IMG/VR virus record: IMGVR_UViG_3300031088_000796
Coordinates: 44 to 64,043 of that record
DNA: 64,000 nucleotides
Direction: 5' to 3' (one strand)
Source of the DNA: a virus
Positions 1 through 9,721 of this stretch are shown here, in pieces; the stretch's first letter is position 1; each line of letters starts with the position of its first letter. The notes below the pieces were generated by a model. It saw only the letters and a list, made by a program, of their open reading frames with translations, had not been told where the DNA came from and made no database searches. The translations under genes and the position numbers were made by a program.

Positions 1-50
1 GTGGCCACCGCCTTGATAACAAGGCTGTAGAAAGCCTGTATTCACCGTCG

Positions 51-1217
51 GTGAGGTTCTACGAGGAAAGCACCGCCCTCAGTCGTGTGCTGATTGAAGC
101 CCCGTATCTCGCACGTTGCAGCGATAACAAGACCGCTGCGCTGGTCCGTCCCCGCGAATACGCTATCCGCTACCCCTACATGCAGATCAACCGCCCTGGG
201 ATGGTGTCGTGGTTGATCTTCGACCTCGATCACACCAACGCCTTGGCGTGGGATGACGCGGGCCTACCGGCGCCGAACCTGATCGTGCGCAATAGGAACA
301 ACGGCCACTCCCACCTCTTTTATGCCATACCCCCGGTCTGCACGACCGAGAACGCCCGCGACAAGCCTATTCAGTACATGAAGGCGGTTTACTCTGCGTT
401 CGCGCAGCGCCTGAATGCCGACACCGACTACAACAGCGGGCCGGTGGCCAAGACCCCTGGCCATCCGTGGTGGTCGACCACCGAGCTGCACAACCGCGTC
501 TATGACCTCGGCGAACTGGCCGACTACGTGGAGCTTGAAGTGACGCCCTGGAGGAAGGGGCCAGCGATCGAGGATCTTGCGCACTCCCGGCACGTCATTC
601 TGTTCACCCAGCTGCGTTACTACGCGTACAGCATCGTCAGCCGTGAGCGCGAGCGGGGGACGTTCAGCTCTTTCAACCGCCTGCTGGAAGCCTTTGCGCA
701 CAACCACAACACGTTCGCTCGCAATGGCTTCACCGAGGACTTAATGCTGTCCTCGCTGCGGGCCTCCGTCAGGTCCGTCGCCCGCTGGGTGTGGGCGAAG
801 TACTTCGGCAGCTCCCGGTGCTGCCGTGGCGCGATGGCCCTGGACAGCTCGCTGCCCCTGGCCGAACGCCAAAGCCTGGCGGCCAAGCGCACACACCAAC
901 TACGCCACAAGGCGACTGAATCCAAGATCCGCGCCGCGTGCATGGGCCTTCGCGAGCGTGGCCAGAAGCTCACGCAAGCCGCAATTGCGGCCCTTGCGGG
1001 CATCTCCCGGCAGACGGTGGCCAAGTATGGCCACGTCCTGGTTGCCGCCGCTCGCCCGCTGCCGATCGCTGACCTGGGCGCCGCGCGCCTGGCCAAAGCT
1101 GGGCAGTCGATCCGCCCAGCCGCAGGCGTTAAGCATGGTGCACATCAGGTAACAGCCCCGCTAGGGGCGCCGTTGGATCCAATCCTTACAAAGTCTGAAA
1201 GTGAAGATTCCTCATAG
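51..1217 (+). CDS. ColE2-type primase/replicase (Replicase + PriCT + HTH); probably 5'-truncated by the window edge
   Basis: YMQINRPGMVSWLIFDLDH, NGHSHLFYAI, D..Y.G..AKTPGHP, C-terminal HTH (LTQAAIAALAGISRQTVAKY). Frame is open from position 3. Confidence 0.85.
   Translation: MRFYEESTALSRVLIEAPYLARCSDNKTAALVRPREYAIRYPYMQINRPGMVSWLIFDLDHTNALAWDDAGLPAPNLIVRNRNNGHSHLFYAIPPVCTTENARDKPIQYMKAVYSAFAQRLNADTDYNSGPVAKTPGHPWWSTTELHNRVYDLGELADYVELEVTPWRKGPAIEDLAHSRHVILFTQLRYYAYSIVSRERERGTFSSFNRLLEAFAHNHNTFARNGFTEDLMLSSLRASVRSVARWVWAKYFGSSRCCRGAMALDSSLPLAERQSLAAKRTHQLRHKATESKIRAACMGLRERGQKLTQAAIAALAGISRQTVAKYGHVLVAAARPLPIADLGAARLAKAGQSIRPAAGVKHGAHQVTAPLGAPLDPILTKSESEDSS
1129..1160 (+). promoter_or_regulatory. 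Candidate ColE2-like replication origin inside the rep 3' end
   Basis: TTAAGC...ATCAGGTAACAGCCCC resembles the ColE2 origin core as I recall it (TAAGCCTTATCAGATAACAGCGCC). Confidence 0.5.
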
Positions 1218-1309
1218 TGCTGGGGAGTGGTGAGTGACTACCGCCTGAGCCCAGCCCATGAAGCTGATCGACGGCGCCTGAAGCAATTGAACGCGTAGGC
1301 AGGTGAGCA

Positions 1310-1723
1310 ATGGACGGAAGAAGCAAGACAGTCGGGGAAAAGCGTTGGCACGACACCGTGGCGGATGTGTGTGGGTGCATCTGCTGCATCTTGGATGGTC
1401 GGCCCAGAAACTACGAAGAGCAGGCCTATGTGTCGATTCACCACTGCGATGGCAGGACCAAGAAGCACGCGCACTGGTATGTCCTGCCGCTGTGCGCTGG
1501 CCACCACCAGGCGGGTACCGGGCCGCTCAAGACGATGATCGCGGTGCACCCGAACAAAGCCAGGTTCATTGAAGAGTACGCGCGGGAAATTGTGCTGGTT
1601 GAAGCGTGCGTGCAGATGGTGGAGCGGGCGGGTCGGGATGTTCCGGTGGAAGTACGGGCGTTGTTGGCCAAGTGGTACGCGAGTCAGCAGTACCAGGAGC
1701 ACGAGAACAGAGGGGCCGCGTAA
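1310..1723 (+). CDS. ref: Ref-family RecA-dependent recombination-enhancement nuclease
   Basis: CxxC...VSIHHCDGRT...LPLCAGHHQ...AVH matches the P1 Ref catalytic core pattern. Confidence 0.75.
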   Translation: MDGRSKTVGEKRWHDTVADVCGCICCILDGRPRNYEEQAYVSIHHCDGRTKKHAHWYVLPLCAGHHQAGTGPLKTMIAVHPNKARFIEEYAREIVLVEACVQMVERAGRDVPVEVRALLAKWYASQQYQEHENRGAA

Positions 1724-1733
1724 ACGGGAACGT

Positions 1734-1790
1734 CATAAAAACATAGAAACGCTATTGTGTTGTTATGCCGTTGTGTCATTATGTCGTAGA
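1734..1790 (+). promoter_or_regulatory. Repeated AT-rich promoter/operator, copy A
   Basis: CATAAAAACATAGAAACGCTATTGT...GTTGTTATGCC...CATTATGTCGT; near-identical copy at 11948. Confidence 0.6.
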
Positions 1791-1816
1791 CGGTTTAACA
1801 ATTCAGGGCTCAGCCA

Positions 1817-2194
1817 ATGAATCCACCGCAGATTTTGATCATCAGTCGGTTCGCAGCAGGCGTATTGCTCGCCCGGCTCAGGTTCATGTCCTGCCCCCAG
1901 GCAATGCACGACACCTTCAATGAGGCTCAAGAGCCCCATTTCAGCGCTCAAGTTTGGGCGTTGGCTGCAACCGAGCTGGTTCAGCAGTTGGACGCAGGGC
2001 AGGGGGTGAGCATGGACCGCGTGAATGCGGTGATTCTGGTCGAGGCACTGGAAGGCAGCAGTCTTGGGGCAGCTAACCAAGCAGGGCGGCGGGAAGTTGC
2101 TGCGTTATTGGCCAAGCGCCTGGAACCGTACGTAGGGCGCCGGGTGATGCTCGATATCCCCCAAGCCAAGACTGAACCTCACAGCGTGAAGTAA
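1817..2194 (+). CDS. hypothetical protein
   Basis: 125-aa ORF, first gene after the repeated promoter, co-oriented with the operon. Confidence 0.55.
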   Translation: MNPPQILIISRFAAGVLLARLRFMSCPQAMHDTFNEAQEPHFSAQVWALAATELVQQLDAGQGVSMDRVNAVILVEALEGSSLGAANQAGRREVAALLAKRLEPYVGRRVMLDIPQAKTEPHSVK

Positions 2195-2205
2195 GGAGTA
2201 ACACC

Positions 2206-2976
2206 ATGTCCGCAGCGCGAAACAAGACATTTGAAGAGGTGCTGACCGAGCAGGTCATCGCGTTTTCTGAGAGCGCTCGCCCCGGCGAAATCATCACCGC
2301 CAGCGTTGAACGGCTGTTTACTGACGTCGTAAAGGAAGTGCTGAGCCCACATAGCAGTTTTGGCACCCGGATTAAGGAAGAAATGGCCAACGCGCTGCCG
2401 TCGAACATTTCTAACGTGATGGCGCTGCCTCGATATAACGACCTGATTGTCACCGCGCTGAAACAGCACCTTTCAAGCGCTGGGGTCACTGGCGATTTAC
2501 TCCGTCGCGCTGAACAGGCCATTGATGAGGTGTTACGTGACGAGGTTATTCCTGAGTTTGTGAGCCTCACCGAGCTGCTGGACGCGTTCATTCAAGTGCA
2601 TCAGGAAAAGGCGGCGGAAAGAGGTTGGTTTGTTCCGCACATCACCCTGATGGAGGGCGGAAGTGCGCGAGCCAGGACAATCCATGTGCTATTCGATGCC
2701 GAGCCTGAGATTGCCTACCGGGAGCGCCACGGGCTGCACGAGCGTACCCGTTCCGAAATGGATTATTCCAACAGCCTGAGCGTGCGCATCACCGGCCATA
2801 CCGATCGAGGTTTTGAGAGCGGTGAGGTGCGCGCGGCAATGTTGGAAGGTCAGCCAATCGGTCGCCATTTCTCAATGACGACGAAGTGGCAAAAGTTGGT
2901 CGCCGCCCTCTATTTCGGCGCTTCAAAGCTGATCATCGACTGCAAAGAAGACGATTTTACCTACGGTAACGAGTAA
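2206..2976 (+). CDS. hypothetical phage protein
   Basis: 256-aa ORF with GGAG RBS. Confidence 0.7.
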   Translation: MSAARNKTFEEVLTEQVIAFSESARPGEIITASVERLFTDVVKEVLSPHSSFGTRIKEEMANALPSNISNVMALPRYNDLIVTALKQHLSSAGVTGDLLRRAEQAIDEVLRDEVIPEFVSLTELLDAFIQVHQEKAAERGWFVPHITLMEGGSARARTIHVLFDAEPEIAYRERHGLHERTRSEMDYSNSLSVRITGHTDRGFESGEVRAAMLEGQPIGRHFSMTTKWQKLVAALYFGASKLIIDCKEDDFTYGNE

Positions 2977-3030
2977 CCAACCTGGTGCACCACAGGTTGG
3001 TGCGCCCCTTTCTCAAAGGGAGCTTCAAAA

Positions 3031-4038
3031 ATGCCGATTCGACACGCCATAGTGCATCTGATTGATAAAAAACCGGATGGCACGCCTGCGGTACTGCACG
3101 CCCGTGATGCCGACCTGGCTGAATCCGCCGCGCTCGACAACATGCTGGCGGACCTCAACGAGAGCTACAACGCCAAGCAAGGCAAGGCTTGGGGATTCTT
3201 CCATGCCGAGTCCGGCGCGTACCCGTTCAGTGGGTGGTTGAAAGAGTACCTGACAGGGAAACAGGACTTCACCGGTTTCAGCCGCGAGGCCGTGGAACAC
3301 CTCCAGCGATTGATGGAAGAGTCAAATCTCTCAACCGGTGGCCACGTACTTTTTGCGCACTATCAACAAGGCATGACCGACTACCTGGCGATCGCTCTTC
3401 TGCACCACAGCGAAGGGGTAGCGGTGACCGACGAGCTGGACGTGATGCCCTCGCGCCATCTGGACCTGGGCCAGCTGCACCTGGCGGCGCGCATCAACGT
3501 CTCCGAGTGGCAGAGCAACCCCAACTCGAAACAGTACGTGTCCTTTATCAAGGGCAAGAACGGTCGCAAGGTATCGGAGTACTTCCGTGACTTCATTGGC
3601 TGCCAGGAAGGCGTCGACGGCCCCGGCGAAACCCGCACCTTGCTCAAGGCGTTCACCGACTTCGTTGAAAGCTTAGACTTGCCCGATGAGTCCGCCCGCG
3701 AAAAGACCAAGACCCTGGTGGACTACGCCAGCAGCCAGACTCGCCTGGGCGAGACCATCAGCCTGGAAGAGTTGTCGGGGCTGATTGACGAGGATCGTCC
3801 AAAGGCGTTCTACGACCACATCCGCAACAAGGACTACGGCCTGTCACCTGAAATTCCAGCGGACAAACGCACCCTCAACAAATTTCGCCGCTTCACCGGG
3901 CGCGCCGAAGGCTTGTCGATCAGCTTCGAAGCACACCTGTTGGGCGACAAGATTGAATTCGATGAAACGGGCGGCACGCTGACTCTTCGCGGTTTGCCCC
4001 AGGCATTGACCGACCAACTCAAGCGGGCCAAGGCCTGA
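3031..4038 (+). CDS. yejK: Nucleoid-associated protein YejK/NdpA family
   Basis: [17 protein letters not shown]...[12 protein letters not shown]...[14 protein letters not shown]...[16 protein letters not shown] is the typical YejK pattern. Confidence 0.9.
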   Translation: MPIRHAIVHLIDKKPDGTPAVLHARDADLAESAALDNMLADLNESYNAKQGKAWGFFHAESGAYPFSGWLKEYLTGKQDFTGFSREAVEHLQRLMEESNLSTGGHVLFAHYQQGMTDYLAIALLHHSEGVAVTDELDVMPSRHLDLGQLHLAARINVSEWQSNPNSKQYVSFIKGKNGRKVSEYFRDFIGCQEGVDGPGETRTLLKAFTDFVESLDLPDESAREKTKTLVDYASSQTRLGETISLEELSGLIDEDRPKAFYDHIRNKDYGLSPEIPADKRTLNKFRRFTGRAEGLSISFEAHLLGDKIEFDETGGTLTLRGLPQALTDQLKRAKA

Positions 4039-4090
4039 ACCATCAAAACGCCGCCCTGTAACGGGGGCGGCGCCTGTATTGGAGAACGCC

Positions 4091-4735
4091 ATGAATACTG
4101 AATGGAAGCTGGTACCGGTGGTTCCAACCTGGGAAATGCTGTCTGCCAGCGGCTGCACGGACCATCACCAGGGGCAGCACTGCCTGCATCACGAGAACCG
4201 CAAACGCATTTGGGCCGCCATGCTCGGTGCGGCCCCTGAGCCAATGCAGGCGTGGGCACGCCCGGTGGCCACCGTTCGCGGGCGTATGGAACCACAGGGC
4301 ATTTGCTACGACCTGACACGCCAGACAGTCAGTCTGAAGGATGGCGAAGAGGTGAATCTGTACGCCTGGCCAACAGCTGCGGAAGAACTGGCCGCCGTCC
4401 TGCGCTGGCGCGGGCTGTACACCACCGCTATCAAAGAACGCAATTGCCTGACTTTGGCGGTTGCCGATCATTTTCGCGTAGACCTGGGCAATGACGCACC
4501 CTGGGAGACCGCGCTGCAAGTGCTGGATGGTGACTTCGTCACGCAGTCGGACGCCGATCGGGAGTGTGACCGTCTGCGCGCCCAGTTGGCCGACCTGGTG
4601 ACGCTGGGCTTCAACATGGTCGGTTCGTCTGGTGCGAAACGTAAGTACCACACCGAACTGCTGACATCCCGCCTTCATGAGTTAAAGGACGCCGTCGCTC
4701 CCGTAGCTGGTGCTGCTGTGGAGGGTGCCCGATGA
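4091..4735 (+). CDS. hypothetical phage protein
   Basis: WKLVPVVPTWEML...IWAAMLGAAP motif common in phage early proteins; GGAG RBS. Confidence 0.65.
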   Translation: MNTEWKLVPVVPTWEMLSASGCTDHHQGQHCLHHENRKRIWAAMLGAAPEPMQAWARPVATVRGRMEPQGICYDLTRQTVSLKDGEEVNLYAWPTAAEELAAVLRWRGLYTTAIKERNCLTLAVADHFRVDLGNDAPWETALQVLDGDFVTQSDADRECDRLRAQLADLVTLGFNMVGSSGAKRKYHTELLTSRLHELKDAVAPVAGAAVEGAR

Positions 4736-5094
4736 GCGACGTAGTGAATATTCAAATCAAGCAACTGTACCGCTGCGGCGAGTGCCGGGTAATTCACGAC
4801 GATGAGGACGGCGCCAGGGAATGCTGTATGCCGTCGGTCCACACCATCTACGTGTGTCCTGTGTGCAACAGCCACCAGGATGACCACGAAAAAGCAGTCA
4901 GCTGCTGCAACGTCGAAGGCATCAAGTGCCCCCAATGCTACCGCGACTACAGCTCGATATCGGTTCACTACGCCGCCATCAAGATCGCTGGGCACTGCAA
5001 CACCTGCAATCCGCTGTTCACCATCGATCAACAGTTAGCTGTCCAGGATCTGCACTACCAGCAGACAGGCCAGCGCGTTCACCTGCACGACTAA
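4732..5094 (+). CDS. Cys-rich, probable zinc-binding protein
   Basis: Four CxxC pairs plus two CC; ATGA overlap with the previous gene. Confidence 0.65.
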   Translation: MSDVVNIQIKQLYRCGECRVIHDDEDGARECCMPSVHTIYVCPVCNSHQDDHEKAVSCCNVEGIKCPQCYRDYSSISVHYAAIKIAGHCNTCNPLFTIDQQLAVQDLHYQQTGQRVHLHD

Positions 5095-5108
5095 GCGCAG
5101 GAGGCCCA

Positions 5109-5321
5109 ATGAACATAAATATGACACCCGCATTCCCATGGACCTTTGAAGGGCTGACGTTTCGCAATCGTGCCGAGCTTGAAAGGGTCATCGAGCGCTT
5201 CGCCCAGGCCGGGCCTCGTGCCCATCTTGCTGCGGCAAACACGCTGCTACGGGAGGCGCTGGCTGAAAGCAAGCTGAGTGCCGACCAGTACACCGAGATC
5301 AAGGAAAGGTTGCACCTCTGA
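5109..5321 (+). CDS. small hypothetical protein
   Basis: GGAGG RBS before ATG 5109; 70 aa. Confidence 0.55.
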   Translation: MNINMTPAFPWTFEGLTFRNRAELERVIERFAQAGPRAHLAAANTLLREALAESKLSADQYTEIKERLHL

Positions 5322-5413
5322 GCCCTCTAGCCCAGCAAAACCACGTTCGGGGTTGATCCCTGTTTTTGTCTACCGACGGTTGTTGCCGTAGTACTTCCTC
5401 AAGGAATCGCAAC

Positions 5414-7090
5414 ATGATGCTCAAGCGAACACTCACCCATTTCCATTTTTGCTGCGGCGTCGGTGGTGGAGCCAAAGGCTTCAACCGTGCAAAGCCCGTC
5501 GTCGGTAACGTTCAGGCTGAATGGGAGTGCATCGGCGGCGTTGATGTAGACCCTGCCGGACTGCGTGACTTCGAACGGTTAAGCGGTGTGAAAGGCACCT
5601 TGCTTGACTTGTTCACCCGTGATCAATACATCCGCTTCCATGGCAAGGAACCTCCGATGGGTTGGCGCGAGGCGACCCCTGAAGATATTCGCCGCGCAGC
5701 AGGCGGACGCAGACCAGACGCGGTATTCATCAGCAGTCCATGCAAGGGCGCGTCGGGTTTATTGTCCGAGTCGATGAGCCTGACACCGAAGTACCAGGCC
5801 CTAAACGAACTGACGCTGCGGTGCGTCTGGCTGATGTGCGAAGCCTGGAAGGATGACCCGGTATCGCTGATTGTTTTCGAGAACGTACCGCGCCTGGCTA
5901 CCCGTGGCCGACACCTGCTGGACCAAATCAACAAGCTGTTGAACCACTACGGTTACGCGGTTGCGGAAACCACGCACGACTGTGGCGTCATCGGTGGCCT
6001 GGCGCAAAGCCGCAAGCGCTTTCTGCTGGTGGCCCGCCACATCGAGAAGGTGCCGCCATTCTTGTATGAACCTGAGAAAAAGACCCTCAAGTCTGTCGGA
6101 TCAATCCTTGGCCGAATGCCTATGGCTGGTGATGTTGTAGCCGCTGGCCCTATGCACCGGGTTCCTGCACTGCAATGGAAAACATGGGTGCGCTTGGCCC
6201 TGGTAGAAGCCGGTAAGGACTGGCGATGCCTGAATGATTTAGCGATCGAGGATGGCTACTTGCGCGACCTGGTCATTGTGCCGCGCTACCACGACAACGT
6301 GCTGGGTGTAACAGCGTGGGACGACACGGCAGGAGTAGTTGCCGGTGCGAGCAGGCCCATGAACGGCAAATACTCGGTAGCAGACCCACGGGCCAAGGCT
6401 GGAGCATTGCAATACCAGCAGTACGGCGTCCGCCGCTGGGATGAAACAAGCGGCGCGGTGATTGGCGTCAAATCGCCCGGACAAGGGACATTCAGCGTTG
6501 CGGATCCCCGCGACCCCGGCATTGGGCACGCCAAGTACAACGTGGCCCAGTGGGATGGGATATCGCGCACGGTGATATCCGGTAGTACCACGGGCCAGGG
6601 TGCTTTCGCCGTCCAAGACCCGCGCCCAGGCATGAAACGCACCAAGGGCGATGCCTACCTCACTGCCGGGCACTACGGTATTACCGCCTGGAACGATCAG
6701 TGCGGCGCCGTTTCCGCCAGCGCTCGCCAGGACAATGGCCGGTGGTCTGTCGCAGATCCGCGCATACCAGAAGCCAATGAGCGCCTTACCTGCGTCATTG
6801 AAAGCCTCGACGGCACCTGGCACCGCCCCTTCACCACCTTGGAGCTGGCCGCACTGCAAAGCTTGGTCGAGCCCGAAGAGCTGTTTGAACTGGACGGCCT
6901 GAGCGACCAAGCCTGGCGCGAGCGGATCGGAAATGCAGTTCCACCAGCCGCTGCCGAAGCAATAGCCCATGTGATGGGCACCACCCTGCTGCTGGCCGAG
7001 GCCGGTGAAACCTTCATGCTCAACAGTATGCCGATTTGGGTTCAGCCTGTGGCAGTCGGCCTGAGCGTGTCGCAACGGGTGCAGTCATGA
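5414..7090 (+). CDS. C5 cytosine DNA methyltransferase
   Basis: Motif I FCCGVGGG, motif IV SPC, motif VI ENV, motif VIII QSRKRF, motif X RIGNAVPP. Confidence 0.9.
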   Translation: MMLKRTLTHFHFCCGVGGGAKGFNRAKPVVGNVQAEWECIGGVDVDPAGLRDFERLSGVKGTLLDLFTRDQYIRFHGKEPPMGWREATPEDIRRAAGGRRPDAVFISSPCKGASGLLSESMSLTPKYQALNELTLRCVWLMCEAWKDDPVSLIVFENVPRLATRGRHLLDQINKLLNHYGYAVAETTHDCGVIGGLAQSRKRFLLVARHIEKVPPFLYEPEKKTLKSVGSILGRMPMAGDVVAAGPMHRVPALQWKTWVRLALVEAGKDWRCLNDLAIEDGYLRDLVIVPRYHDNVLGVTAWDDTAGVVAGASRPMNGKYSVADPRAKAGALQYQQYGVRRWDETSGAVIGVKSPGQGTFSVADPRDPGIGHAKYNVAQWDGISRTVISGSTTGQGAFAVQDPRPGMKRTKGDAYLTAGHYGITAWNDQCGAVSASARQDNGRWSVADPRIPEANERLTCVIESLDGTWHRPFTTLELAALQSLVEPEELFELDGLSDQAWRERIGNAVPPAAAEAIAHVMGTTLLLAEAGETFMLNSMPIWVQPVAVGLSVSQRVQS

Positions 7091-7413
7091 GCGGACAAGG
7101 TGAGCCCCGCAAGGGGTTTGGGTCGAATGGCACCACGTTTCACGTTCACCTGGACGTGCGGGGCGCGCTGCGCGACTTAAAAAAAAGCCAGCTCAAAGGA
7201 TTGTTTCGCTTTGAGGATGGCCGGGCGTGTACCGCCGAGGAAGCACGGGAGCATCTGTGCGAATGCCTGGCCCAGGGCAAGAACGTTTTGCCGTTCGGGC
7301 CGCCCTGTGAGGGCTTCGATTTTGCGGGCGGTGGGTGTCCTGGCCACGACCATGCGGCACCTGCTGACCCATTCACCGCTGTACCAACCCCATCAGCATC
7401 ACAAGGAGTATGA
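7087..7413 (+). CDS. hypothetical phage protein
   Basis: ATGA-coupled; [19 protein letters not shown] motif. Confidence 0.6.
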   Translation: MSGQGEPRKGFGSNGTTFHVHLDVRGALRDLKKSQLKGLFRFEDGRACTAEEAREHLCECLAQGKNVLPFGPPCEGFDFAGGGCPGHDHAAPADPFTAVPTPSASQGV

Positions 7414-7415
7414 CC

Positions 7416-7610
7416 ATGTTGATTTTAACTCGCCGAGTGGGTGAAACCATCTGCATTGGAAACGACATCACAGTCACTGTATTGGGCGTTCAAGGCTTGC
7501 AAGTGCGCTTGGGTGTTAACGCTCCCAAAACGGTGGCCGTGGACAGGGAGGAAATTGCTAAGCGTAAAGCTGATGGAGCGCCTAGCGCAGAGCCGGGGGG
7601 GCGCCAATGA
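7416..7610 (+). CDS. csrA: CsrA/RsmA-family translational regulator
   Basis: [47 protein letters not shown]; AAGGAG RBS. Confidence 0.95.
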   Translation: MLILTRRVGETICIGNDITVTVLGVQGLQVRLGVNAPKTVAVDREEIAKRKADGAPSAEPGGRQ

Positions 7611-8104
7611 GCGAAGTGACGCGATATGCCGTAGAGCGGCCTCAGATGTATTTGCACATTGAAGGCCGAACGCTTGGCACTGAAGAGCGTGTGGTAGTGC
7701 TCGCAGCGGACTTTGACACGACAAAGGAAGAACTGACCAAGGTGAAGGCTGGTTACAAGTGGGAAAGCGAACGTGCGGCGCGTCTGCTCGAAACATTGAA
7801 CGACAGTGAGCAAAGCCTTACCGCAGCCAATGAGCGGGTGGCGGTGCTGGTCACCGCTCTGTCGAGGATTAAGTTTCGCTTGGATGCATTCGTTGAGGCT
7901 GATCGCGATATGCCGTCGCCGTCGGTGGAGGTCTGCCAGTCGATTGCGGACGCCGCACTCAAGCCAGCAGAGCGCACCAACACCAGCGGCAAGGCCCATT
8001 GCCCGCATGACGGCATATGCCACACCAGTGATGAGACGTGTGCAGAGGCGCATGAGCGTATTGATTCGCTCAGGACGGTAGGGGGTGGTGGCGATGAGCA
8101 ATAA
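7607..8104 (+). CDS. hypothetical coiled-coil phage protein
   Basis: ATGA overlap, 165 aa. Confidence 0.6.
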   Translation: MSEVTRYAVERPQMYLHIEGRTLGTEERVVVLAADFDTTKEELTKVKAGYKWESERAARLLETLNDSEQSLTAANERVAVLVTALSRIKFRLDAFVEADRDMPSPSVEVCQSIADAALKPAERTNTSGKAHCPHDGICHTSDETCAEAHERIDSLRTVGGGGDEQ

Positions 8105-8243
8105 AGCATTCGGCACCTGCCCTCGCTGCAAGGAATGGGGGCAGCTTTGGAAGGTCACCAAGATGGCTAGGCGTTTCTGGCTGTTTGGCCCGCTCGTTTC
8201 ACATTCGGAGTGGCGCTGTGATGAATGCGAGTCGAAACCCTAA
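8094..8243 (+). CDS. small zinc-finger-like protein (not in ORF track)
   Basis: [12 protein letters not shown]...WRCDECESKP, 49 aa, two CxxC, overlaps the previous stop. Confidence 0.5.
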   Translation: MSNKAFGTCPRCKEWGQLWKVTKMARRFWLFGPLVSHSEWRCDECESKP

Positions 8244-8304
8244 CCCAACTCCCCACCTACTGCTGGTGCCTGCTGGCACTGGCACAACTGATTTGAGGTG
8301 ATTT

Positions 8305-8544
8305 ATGAGTGTTGAACGAGTTATTGCAGTGCCGGTGACAATCACTGCACAGCAAGAGCGCGACATTCTGCGCTTTCGTGATACGTGCGAAGACGACCAG
8401 GGTTACGACGTGCCGAAAGATCGCATGAAGTCACTGGCGCGCCTGGGCCTGATCCGCCCGACAGGCTTTTCCCGCTACGAGATTACCGATGTGGGTGACG
8501 CCGTAATTGAGGTTTTGCTGGCTGCGCTGAGGACCAAGCCATGA
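8305..8544 (+). CDS. small winged-helix-like protein
   Basis: MKSLARLGLIR...YEITDVG; GAGG RBS. Confidence 0.55.
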   Translation: MSVERVIAVPVTITAQQERDILRFRDTCEDDQGYDVPKDRMKSLARLGLIRPTGFSRYEITDVGDAVIEVLLAALRTKP

Positions 8545-9398
8545 CCAACCAAACGATTGACGGCGTGCCGCGTGATCCATGCCAGTGGACCGACCTGCAA
8601 ATCCTGGACTTCCTGGGCGTAGCCCTACGCAACGTTGACCTAGTCGGCACAGTGAAACTGAGCGAAATTCGGCAGGGTTTCGAGTACATGCGCAACAAGC
8701 AGCAGGCCGCCCAGCCCCAGGGCGACACTGTGCCCGTATCGGCGCACTGGTCTGACTGGTCCATGGTCACGCTCGAAATTGACGGAAGGCACAGGACTTA
8801 CGTTGAGTGCGGGAAGCCAGAACGAACCCAGAACGAACCGGAGACGCCTGCGTGCAAAACCCCAGGCGGGCTGGAGTGCCCTGGTGACGGCGTAGGCCAG
8901 TGCAAGAAGTGCCCAGCCGCCCGGCCCCAGGGTGAGCCGCTTATTCACATCACGCCCGAAGTTCTCGCCCAGTTGCGCGGCGAGCGGAAAATGCAGCCAG
9001 GCGGGCTTACCTTCAGCGAATCAAAGCCGCTTGGGAACTGGACTGTGCCGCTCTATACCGAACAACCCGCGTCGGTAGCAGGACTAGAAAAACGGTATGA
9101 ACGACTGAAAGAGCGTGCCTGGGCCGTTATGCAAGAGGCCATGGAAGGTGCCCACGTGCATCCCTGCGATGAACACAGTGAGGACGCAAAGGTACGCACG
9201 CTAGCCCCAATGCACCAAGCGCTGTACGCCTCATTGAAAGCCACTGGTGAGCAGTTTGCGCCGGTAGCAGCAGAAATAATCCCCGCGCCACGGGCACTAC
9301 TGGAGAGGATCGAGACCCGGATTCCCGAGCACTGCCAGGATTTGACTGATCTGCAAACCCTGCTCAATGCACCATCTGATAACCAGGTGTCCCTATGA
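8541..9398 (+). CDS. hypothetical mosaic phage protein
   Basis: 285-aa ORF, ATGA-coupled at both ends. Confidence 0.6.
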   Translation: MTNQTIDGVPRDPCQWTDLQILDFLGVALRNVDLVGTVKLSEIRQGFEYMRNKQQAAQPQGDTVPVSAHWSDWSMVTLEIDGRHRTYVECGKPERTQNEPETPACKTPGGLECPGDGVGQCKKCPAARPQGEPLIHITPEVLAQLRGERKMQPGGLTFSESKPLGNWTVPLYTEQPASVAGLEKRYERLKERAWAVMQEAMEGAHVHPCDEHSEDAKVRTLAPMHQALYASLKATGEQFAPVAAEIIPAPRALLERIETRIPEHCQDLTDLQTLLNAPSDNQVSL

Positions 9399-9721
9399 CC
9401 GTCTACGTCGACAACATGAACGCCAATTGTGGGCGCATGAAGATGTGCCACATGCTGGCAGACACCGAGGAAGAGCTGCTGGCGATGGCTGACAAAATCG
9501 GCGTCCAACGCCGCTGGCACCAGTACCCCGGCACCATCAAGAGCCACTTCGACATCTGCACCAGCAAACGTGAGAAGGCTGTTGACCTCGGCGCGGTCGA
9601 GATTGACTACCCGTCGGGCGTTGCAAAAATCCTGTCTGCCAGGCGGATAAGCCAAGCCACCACACCACCATGCTCCCGATCTGTCGCACAAAGCGGCAAG
9701 GAGACCACATGCAGTCAGTAA
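9395..9721 (+). CDS. DUF4031-family protein
   Basis: MTVYVD...MCHMLADTEEELLAMA..IGV.R.W.Q...HFDI..KR..AV.LGA. Confidence 0.8.
   Translation: MTVYVDNMNANCGRMKMCHMLADTEEELLAMADKIGVQRRWHQYPGTIKSHFDICTSKREKAVDLGAVEIDYPSGVAKILSARRISQATTPPCSRSVAQSGKETTCSQ

Noticed and set aside
2977-3000. Inverted repeat CCAACCTG-N8-CAGGTTGG
   Set aside because: A single occurrence between co-oriented genes with no T-tract directly after; insufficient evidence for a function.
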